Source of the DNA: Eledone cirrhosa
Taxonomy: Eukaryota
Assembly: GCA_964016885.1 (NCBI GenBank)
Contig: OZ024746.1
Coordinates: forward strand, 91,512,001 to 91,576,000
DNA length: 64,000 bases
Direction of reading: 5' to 3'
A program made the position numbers and the translations under genes. This document shows positions 53,784 to 64,000 of this stretch, in pieces. The first letter of the stretch is position 1. Every line of letters begins with the position of its first letter. Under the pieces are notes generated by a model. That model did no database searches. It was not told where the DNA came from and saw only the letters and a program-made list of their open reading frames with translations.

Positions 53784-53905
53784 CTAGACCACCCATGACC
53801 CGTTGGGTCATATTCACTTCAAAATATTTTTTTAAAATCCTGTTCACTTAAAAATAACTTTGAAATTATTAAAATATACAATGTGAAATGAAACTGGAAG
53901 GCCTA
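53784..53905 (-). mobile_element. Helitron 3' end
   Basis: Minus strand ATGACCC AAC GGGTCAT hairpin, then gggtggtCTAG-T. Confidence 0.6.
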
Positions 53906-53944
53906 TATATATGTGTGTGTATGTATATATATATATATATATTA

Positions 53945-54155
53945 ATACACTAATACCTACATACTGTACGTCCAACCGTGTGTGTCACACTTTCAGTAAT
54001 ATAAATAACAGTGGGATGACGTCCGTGAGACATGCTAAAATAATGGTAGGGGGTGGTAAACAATCTACGACAATCTACGGCGAAAGAAAATCAAAAAGCG
54101 TTGCAACGTTTGGAAAGGAGAGAGAGAGGGGTTATAATATAGAGAAAGGGGTGGG

Positions 54156-54219
<64 letters not shown>

Positions 54220-54465
54220 TATAATATAGAGAAAGGGGTGGGTTATTATATATATGTAGAGAGAGGGGTTATAACATATATAGAGAGAGGGGTTATAATA
54301 TATATATAGAGAGAGGGGGTTATAATATATATAAAAAGAGGGGCTTATGCTATAGAGAAAGAGATGGGTTATTATATATAGAGAGAAGGGCATTATAATA
54401 TAGAGAGAGGGGGTTATAATATAGAGAAGGGGGTTATCTCTTTCAACGCCGGGTTATTCAGCTAG
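53945..54465 (+). mobile_element. Probable non-autonomous Helitron with an internal low-complexity repeat
   Basis: Ends caacgccgggttattcagCTAG-T, like the end at 46763. Confidence 0.5.
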
Positions 54466-54496
54466 TATATATAAATGTGTGTGTGTGTGTGTATAC

Positions 54497-54529
<33 letters not shown>

Positions 54530-54566
54530 TATATGTGGGTGTCTGATCTATATACACTGGTCATAG

Positions 54567-54639
<73 letters not shown>

Positions 54640-54924
54640 ACACCACCACCAGCTCTCTCTCTCTTCCATTCTCCTCTGTCTCCTCTCCCTCTCTCTATGT
54701 CTCTCTTCCAATCTACGCTCTCACAACCACTATCTCTTCCTCTCTATCTCTATCCTTCTCTCTCTCTGTTGATGAAGGTACCCAGAAAAATCCCATATCT
54801 CGGGAACCCATGCTCCGATTTACGATTTAACTCCTCGGGATAATGGAGCATCTTATGAAATAATTTGAAAAGAAATGCAATTATTTCATCAAATCAATGC
54901 AACAACATGCTCTCAATAACAATA

Positions 54925-55128
54925 ATAATTTCTAATTTAAGTACAGAGGAAAGGGGAAAGTCGATTAAATCGTCCCCAGTACATTACTGGTGCTGTATTT
55001 CATCGACCCTGTCAGGATGAAATACAAAGTTAACCTCGGCGAGATTTGAAATCACAATGTAAAGGGCCATAACTATGCAGCAAAGCATGTTGTCCAACAT
55101 TCTACCGATACTACCAATCCACTGCCCT
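54925..55128 (-). mobile_element. tRNA SINE (Meta-domain-like family); other copies at ~48858-49050, ~56040-56140 and ~61225-61440
   Basis: Similar to the reverse complement of 26862-27046. Confidence 0.7.
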
Positions 55129-55141
55129 AAAAATAATAATA

Positions 55142-56037
55142 ACAATCCCCACAGATGACAATATATCTCCCAAGGAAATAGAGAAACTCTCCAAATATAA
55201 AGATCTAGAGATAGAAATAACTTGAATGTGGAAAATGAAAACAGAAACAATACCTACAATAATAGGTGCTCTTGAAATGATAAAAAAAAAAAAATACATA
55301 GCCCAAACCCCAGGACTTACAAATATATACAACATTCAAAAGGTAGCACTACTAGGTACTGTATATATACATTATATAGAGTACCTCAGGACTTACAAAT
55401 ATATACAACATACAAAAGATAGCACTACTAGGTACTGTATATATATTATATAGAGTACCACAGGACTTACAAATATATACAACATACAAAAGATAGCACT
55501 ACTAGGTACTGTATATATATACATTATATAGAGTACCTCAGGACTTACAAATATATACAACATACAAAAGATAGCACTACTAGGTACTGTATATATATAC
55601 ATTATATAGAGTACCTCAGGACTTACAAATATATACAACATACAAAAGATAGCACTACTAGGTACTGTATATATATTATATAGAGTACCTCAGGACTTAC
55701 AAATATATACAACATTCAAAAGGTAGCACTACTAGGTACTGTATATATATACATTATATAGAGTACCTCAGGACTTACAAATATATACAACATACAAAAG
55801 ATAGCACTACTAGGTACTGTAAATATATTATATAGAGTACCACAGGACTTACAAATATATACAACATACAAAAGATAGTACTACTACGTACTGTATATAT
55901 TTATTATGAAGAGTACTATCAATACAACAGAAAGAACATCAGCAAAAACAACACTGCACGTACCCAAGGCTCACAGAGCTGTGCTCGGTAAAGTAGTAAT
56001 GATGCGCGATAAAAATTATAATGGAAATAATAATAAT
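55142..56037 (+). mobile_element. RLE-type (R4/Dong/NeSL-like) LINE 3' end inserted in (TAA)n, with an internal ~75-79-bp tandem amplification (55311-55915)
   Basis: IPTDDNISPKEIEKLSKYKDLEIEIT*MWKMKTETIPTIIGALEMI..IQKVALLGT; 3' UTR ends aataataataat. Confidence 0.8.
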
Positions 56038-56213
56038 GTTAGTGGATTGGCAGAATTAGTAGGATAATACACAAAATATAGTTGTAAACCTTTTGAGTTC
56101 AAGTCACAGACTTTGCCTTTCATCCTTCCACATTTGATATATAATAGGTGTGATAATAATTTCTTTATTAACCACACAGGGCTCACATTAAGGAAACATT
56201 AAAGACGGTAGAG

Positions 56214-57850
56214 GACAGTGTCTTTCATTAGAAACATGGTAATGAAAGGGTTAATGACATAGACAGTGTCTTTCATTAGAAATATGGTAATGAAAGGGTT
56301 AATGACAGACAGTGTCTTACATTATAAATATGGTAATGAAAGGGTTAATGACAGACAGTGTCTAACATTATAAATATGGTAATGAAAGGGTTAATGACAG
56401 ACAGTGTCTTACATTATAAATATGGTAATGAAAGGGTTAATGACAGACAGTGTCTAACATTATAAATATGGTAATGAAAGGGTTAATGACAGACAGTGTC
56501 TTACATTAGAAATACGGTAATGAAAGGGTTAATGACAGACAGTGTCTTACATTAGAAATATGGTAATGAAAGGGTTAATGACATAGACAGTGTCTTACAT
56601 TAGAAATATGGTAATGAAAGGGTTAATGACAGACAGTGTCTTACATTAGAAATATGGTAATGGAAGGGTTAATGACAGACAGTGTCTTACATTAGAAATA
56701 TGGTAATGAAAGGGTTAATGACATAGACAATGTCTTACATTATAAATATGGTAATGAAAGAGTTAATGACATAGACAATGTCTTACATTAGAAATATGGT
56801 AATGAAAGGGTTAAAGACATAGACAATGTCTTACATTAGAAATATGGTAATGGAAGGGTTAATGACAGACAGTGTCTTACATTAGAAATATGGTAATGAA
56901 AGGGTTAATGACAGACAGTGTCTTACATTATAAATATGGTAATGAAAGGGTTAATGACATAGACAATGTCTTACATTAGAAATATGGTAATGGAAGGGTT
57001 AATGACAGACAGTGTCTTACATTAGAAATATGGTAATGAAAGAGTTAATGACAGACAGTGTCTTACATTAGAAATATGGTAATGATAGGGTTAATGACAT
57101 AGACAGTGTCTTACATTAGAAATATGGTAATGAAAGGGTTAATGACAGTGACTTTCATTAGAAATATGGTAATGAAAGGGTTAATGACATAGACAGTGTC
57201 TTACATTAGAAATATGGTAATGAAAGAGTTAATGACATAGACAGTGTCTTTCATTAGAACTATGGTAATGAAAGAGTTAATGACAGACAGTGTCTTACAT
57301 TAGAAATATGGTAATGAAAGAGTTAATGACATAGACAGTGTCTTTCATTAGAAATATGGTAATGAAAGAGTTAATGACATAGACAGTGTCTTTCATTAGA
57401 AATATGGTAATGAAAGAGTTAATGACATAGACAGTGTCTTTCATTAGAAATATGGTAATGAAAGAGTTAATGACAGACAGTGTCTTACATTAGAAATATG
57501 GTAATGAAAGAGTTAATGACATAGACAGTGTCTTTCATTAGAAATATGGTAATGAAAGAGTTAATGTCATAGACAGTGTCTTTCATTAGAAATATGGTAA
57601 TGAAAGAGTTAATGACATAGACAGTGTCTTTCATTAGAAATATGGCAATGAAAGGGTTAATGACATAGACAATGTCTTTCATTAGAAATATGGTAATGAA
57701 AGAGTTAATGTCATAGACAGTGTCTTACATTAGAAATATGGTAATGAAAAAGTTAATGACATAGACAGTGTCTTTCATTAGGAATATAGTAATGAAGGGT
57801 TTAATGGCATAGACAGTGTCTTTCATTAGAAATATGGTAATGGAAGGGTC
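56214..57850. repeat. 46-48-bp satellite (~35 copies) made of a MITE terminus
   Basis: Unit gacagtgtcttacattagaaatatggtaatgaaagggttaatgaca(ta); its reverse complement matches the family B end at 49952-49992. Confidence 0.92.
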
Positions 57851-58077
57851 AAAGGTTTTAAACAGCTACTGAAACAACTTGCTATTTCAAAATCAGTAAT
57901 GATATCTTAATAACAGTTAATAATTGAGAAAAATGATTAAAAGTTAACTTGAAAAAATATTAAAAAGAGAAGGGGGTGGGGAAGAGAAAAATAAAAGAAA
58001 TTAATTTATATTAGACACTTGTGTACACACAGACAGACGAAAGTATGGAAAACTGATGTAAAAACGATTATGGCGGT

Positions 58078-58780
<703 letters not shown>

Positions 58781-61700
58781 GAGATACGAAATTAAGAGAT
58801 ATTGAACAATTGTGAGATTATTTTGCAGGTGGAAATCAACAACTGAAAACTTTTCGATAAATTTTGGCTGAGTGACTAATTATTTCTTTCCAGGGACTAT
58901 GTTAAAAAATAAACCTCATTTGGTCATTACATGAGAGTATCTAGGTCAACCAACCCTTGTAAATGGCAATGATTTATAAAATCTTATATTAGGGATGCTA
59001 CATATAAAAGAAATAACTTGAAATATTTTACTAGAAATTAATAACAATGAAAACATTCTTTAAGAAATTCTTCCGTTTTATCAAAGTTTTGCCGGAATTT
59101 TGATTTTTATTTCATCTTTTTTCCTCAGAGTTTTGAATCCATTTGTCAGTGTTTGTAGGTAAAAATCTTCTACAAAGTCTAGTTATCTTAAAATACAATA
59201 CATGCTTATTTTTAGTTCCTAATATTAAGCAAATGACAGAAACAATTTCTTGACAAGATGCCAACATTGTTCAGGCAATATTCACTCAGTTTTAAACATT
59301 TTCTGTAACACTATAAAAATATGGAAGGAGAATCTAGTGGCTATGATGAGAGAGGTGCAAGAGGAAGAAAGTTTTATAAAGAAAGGTGGGTTAAATAGAT
59401 AAAGTGGCATAGAAAATATTGAGTGAAATAGAAGAGTGAAATAGGAATAAGTAACAAAATAAGAGGTGGAAATGAGATAAAGCTTTAAAATAGAGAAATA
59501 GAATTAGAGAGGTAAGGTGATAAAATAATAGCAGTATAAAAAGTAAGAAAACGATTGAGGTAGAAACTGCTGTGTGAATATCATCATCATCATCACCAGT
59601 TAACGTTCATTTTCCACACTAGCATGGTGACCATGTCTTGCTCATATAGAACTGTTTTGGGCTTGGTTTTTACAACTGGATGCCATTCCTAATGCCAACT
59701 ACTTTACAGTGTGGACTGGGTGCTTCACTAGATGTATGCTTCAGCCTGTCCTCATGGGAGATGGAAAGGTAGGGTTGGGGTGAGGGTGGTGCATACTATA
59801 TATATATATGCTTCAGTTTCAGCCTGTACCTATGAATGTGTATGTCAGGGAAACGAAGAGATGAAGTGGAGGCAGATTTGGATTGTAAGATAGAAAGAGA
59901 AGAAATAATGACGTCAGTGAGAGAGAGTAAAGGTACGGAAGAGAAGAGCTGACTTTTTATATATGTGTGCAATTCAGAGATCAGAGAGTCACTCCAGGCA
60001 GAGTTGCTACTTCTCCAAATTGAGAGATCACAGCTCCGATATTGCAGGCATGTGGTTAGAATGTCTCAGGAAAGAATTGCTGGATAGATTTTACTTGCAA
60101 AACCAACCAGCAAGAGACCCAGGGGTAGACCCCAAAGCAAGATGGTTGGATAACATCTATGAGCTTGGCTGGTCTCGCTTGGGGATCCAGCTGGATCAGT
60201 TGGAGACGGTTGCTTCTGACAGGACCTGCTAGGAGTGTTTGAGGACTCTGCCCCCAAGAATAAGTGGGTGAAGAAGAACAAGTAATTCCAAGTAAAACTG
60301 AAGAAAAAATAATCAATGACAGAAAAAAGGCTTGACTTGAAAATGTTGAAAGAAAGATAAATTATTAAGAAGTCAACATTTGAGATGAACTGGGGAAAAG
60401 TAACAGATACATGGCGTGAGAATAAGAAAAACTGAAATAAAGAAAGTGAAATACAAGAAGAAAATAAAGAAAGTGAAATACAAGAAGAAAATTGAGCAAA
60501 GTTTGAAGGAAAAAAATTAAGAATTATTGAAAGAAGACAGGAATAAACTGTCATTTTGACAAGTACTACATCTGTAAGTCTATAATTTTCTAGAATATTA
60601 ACCTCATTTATGGAGATGAAAGGTTTGTAATATTTACTTCAACACATATCTCAGTAGCCTAATAAAAAAAAAAAAAGAGGCTATCACCTTAATCTAAAAA
60701 TAATGATTCATAGTATTTGGTGGTACTAATAAATTACTATCTGCTTCATTTACCTTCATTTTTTTCTTTATTGGTTTTCTTCTTTTTAAACTCACTACTG
60801 CAAACTTTCAAACTTGTCTCAGTTTTCACCAGAAGCTGTAATTACAGTATGATTACCAATCTCAACTATTTCAAGTAGATTTACAACTCACACCTATGCA
60901 GGTAACATCTCATAGGAGCTTTCTTGGGTGTTTGGAAAATAGAAGTTCCCAGTCTCAACATAAAATAAGTGTTGTACTGAAGAACATAGCCTGCCACACG
61001 AGCCAGTAATCAAACCCACAACCTTATGATTGGCAGATTAAAATACCCTAACCACAAGGCATCTTCACTACTTAAGAATATCCATTTTTTTAACTCATGC
61101 AATTTTATACCCACGTATATACAAAATTACCTACTTATTTAATTAACAATTCTGGGCCTATATTTAACAACTTCAAACCACATCCTCAGAAGTTCTCAGA
61201 GTCATTCTTCCCAGACAGAAAAATAATGGTTTCTGATTTCGGCACAAAGCCAACAATTCTTTTGGGGTGGGGGGTGGGGGGTTATATCGATCCCCCAGTG
61301 CATTACTGGTACATTATTTTAAGAACTCTGTAAGGATGAAAGGAAAAGCTAACCTCAGCGGGATTTAAACTCAGAACATAAAGGGTCGTAACTACATGCC
61401 ACAAAACGTCCGATGCTCCACTGATTATTGTTGCAAATTCACCTCTCAAACAGAATGAATGAAACTCATGTAACATTTATTTGGGTCTTGAAACATTGTT
61501 ACAGCTTTTTATGTAACTTTTGTAGCATTCAATACTAACACTGTACTGCATTGATTCATGTTCAAACATTTCTCCTACAACCCAACAGACAAGGTCTCCA
61601 CCAACAGACAAGGTCTCCTACAACAAACAAGATCATTTTACCAGTCATCCAATAACATACTAAACTCTAAAATCTGTTTTAATTAAATGTTGAAAAGTCA

Positions 61701-62354
61701 AACATTTTTTTAATTCTTCAAAGTATTAAGAATTGTTTTTTGTATCATGTTTTAGTCATTATTTTTAATATCTGAAGATACCTTATATTCAAGTTAAACA
61801 TTTCATATGTTTTAGCCAACCTTATATTCAAGTTAAACATTTCATATCATGTTTTAGCCAACCTTATATTCAAGTTAAACATTTCATATCATGTTTTAGC
61901 CAACCCTATATTCAAGTTAAACATTTCATATCATGTTTTAGCCAACCTTATATTCAAGTTAAACAGTTTATAACTTGTAGATAATAGTGTCTAAAGCATG
62001 ATATAAATTATTTATCATGTTTTAGCCATTATTTCTAATATCTAAACATACATTATACTCAAGTTTTATGGATGATTATATCATTTTGGTACTTTTGTTA
62101 TTTGTTTTGTTGATTTCGTTGTTATTTTTATATTTTTCATTGATGTTCTCCAAAATTGTGCCACGAGGGTTGTTTTCTTTATGATGGGGTGGGGGGGGGG
62201 GGGTGACAATCAATATTTCTTTATTTAAAAGATATGTTAAATAAATAAAAATAAAATATCCAATATTTAACATTAGAGAAATGATGTCCTCTCAAGGGAT
62301 CTATAGAGAACTGTGGTGTAAGATTAGGGTTTTAACAGTTTATATATTTGTGTA

Positions 62355-62854
62355 AGAGAGAGAGGGGGTGCCAGGGAGAGAGGTGAGTGTGTGGGGGTGC
62401 CATGGAGAGGGGTGAGTGTGTGAGGGGTGTGAGAGGGAGAGGGGGGAGTGTTAGAGAGGAAGAGTGTGAGTGGAGGGATGAGAGGGAGGAGGAGTGTGAG
62501 AGAGAGAGGGTGTCAGAGAGAGTGGAGGGCAGTGTCACAGAGACAGGGGTGTCAGAGAGAGTGGGTGGGAGAGTGGGTGGGAGAGTGTGAGGGAGGGGGA
62601 GACAGTGTGTTAGAGAGAGAGGCGGAGTGAGAGAGAGAGGGGGCTTCCCCAGAGGGTAGGGGGAGTGTGAGAGACAGTGGGATACAGTGTGTGTGTGAGA
62701 GAGAGAGAAAGGGAGACTGTGTGTGAGAGAGAGGGAGAGACAGTGTGTGTGGGAGAGAGAGGGAGGGAGGGACAATGTGTGTGAGAGAGAGAGGGCGGGA
62801 GAGACTGTGTGTGTGGGAGAGAGAGGGAGGGAGAGACAGTGTGTGAGAGAGAGA

Positions 62855-62897
<43 letters not shown>

Positions 62898-63013
62898 TGT
62901 GCATGAAAGAGAGAGAGAAAGTGTGTGTGTCAGAGAGAGACAGAGTGAGAATGTGTGTGTGTCAGAGAGAGACAGAGTGAGAATGTGTGTGTATGAGAGA
63001 GAGAGGGATAGCA

Positions 63014-63059
<46 letters not shown>

Positions 63060-63173
63060 CATGTGTGTGTGTGTGTGAGAGAGAGATAGTATGTATGTGT
63101 GTATGAGAGAGAGAGAGAGAGAGATAGCATGTATGTGTGTGTGTGAGAGAGAGAGATAGTATGTATGTGTGTG
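62355..63173. repeat. GA/GT-rich low-complexity tract
   Basis: Direct reading. Confidence 0.9.
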
Positions 63174-63832
63174 TTCCTTTAAGACCATGTGTCATTTTAT
63201 TTCAACACATCATACATTATATAGCAAGAGTAGAGAAAGCACACTTGCCCACATGTCGTATATATTAAATAAAAACTATTTTAAACAGCAATTTACTGCA
63301 GTTAAATTTTGTTTATTTGGGGTTTGTAAGAATACATAATTTTTTTTTTTTAATTTCAAATAGATTAGAAAATGAACAACATAAAATAAATCTGGAATGA
63401 GAAATATTGAACATTACCTTTTGGTATTGATGTCACCAAGGAGACAAAGACAACAACAAAAATAAAACTATAAATACAATATATTTACTGTAGACCTAGT
63501 ATAAGTATCTCTCTGATAACATCTCTCTCTTTAGTACAACTCACATTTACAAGCCTCCATATTTCCTTTCTCAACCAAACTTGTTCACCTTTATTATCAG
63601 ACATAAAAGCTTAGCTTGAAAACGAAATCCTTATGAAAGCTAGATATCTCAAATAAGATGTTTAGTCAAATACAATGGTACTTAGTGGTTAAAAGTCTCT
63701 CAATTGGTATGTAATCTAACTAGAGTCAAGTGTCTTGCCTAAGGTTACACAAGATATGGAATATAGGAGGAAAGAATTTCAATCATGTATTGATCAGGGG
63801 TCTGCTATTTCTTTTTAGTTTGGATCAATATG

Positions 63833-63870
<38 letters not shown>

Positions 63871-64000
63871 AATTACTTCTACAGGACTAGATCTATTTTA
63901 TTTGAATGAAATCATCAGTTCTATTCCTGTAGAGTAATAAAGGTTCCTATATTCTACCAATGTACTGAGAACCTATTTTAACTCAGGGAATCTCTCTCTC

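Noticed and set aside
54770-54815. Hammerhead candidate TTGATGAAGGTACCC..GGGAACC
   Set aside because: C3 is altered and there is no GAAA after the stem; at most a decayed relic.

Overview
AT-rich, repeat-saturated eukaryotic DNA. The RTE/CR1 LINE, tRNA-SINE and (TA)n/(CA)n make-up resembles octopod cephalopod genomes (inference only). The only host coding sequence I can support is two plus-strand, phase-1 LDL-receptor class A exons: 17930-18046 and 28406 up to a 200-N gap at 28469-28668. They splice in frame and most resemble LRP4 repeats, so most of the window is probably giant intron. The rest is RTE, CR1 and RLE-type LINE fragments, tRNA-SINEs, TTAA piggyBac-type MITEs, hAT/mariner MITEs, Helitron 3' ends, several satellites visibly born from parts of these elements, and microsatellites. 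Almost all ORFs in the supplied track are microsatellite artefacts. The most striking unannotated signal is about ten short non-coding elements, mostly in or beside (TA)n tracts and often arranged as divergent inverted repeats. They carry type-I hammerhead ribozyme folds (stem I-CUGANGA-stem II-GAAA-short, often palindromic stem III-NUH-stem I), as in Penelope pLTRs and retrozymes. Several sequence-unrelated families share covarying stem II pairs and a conserved C-C/C-U internal mismatch. All structures were read by eye, not computed.
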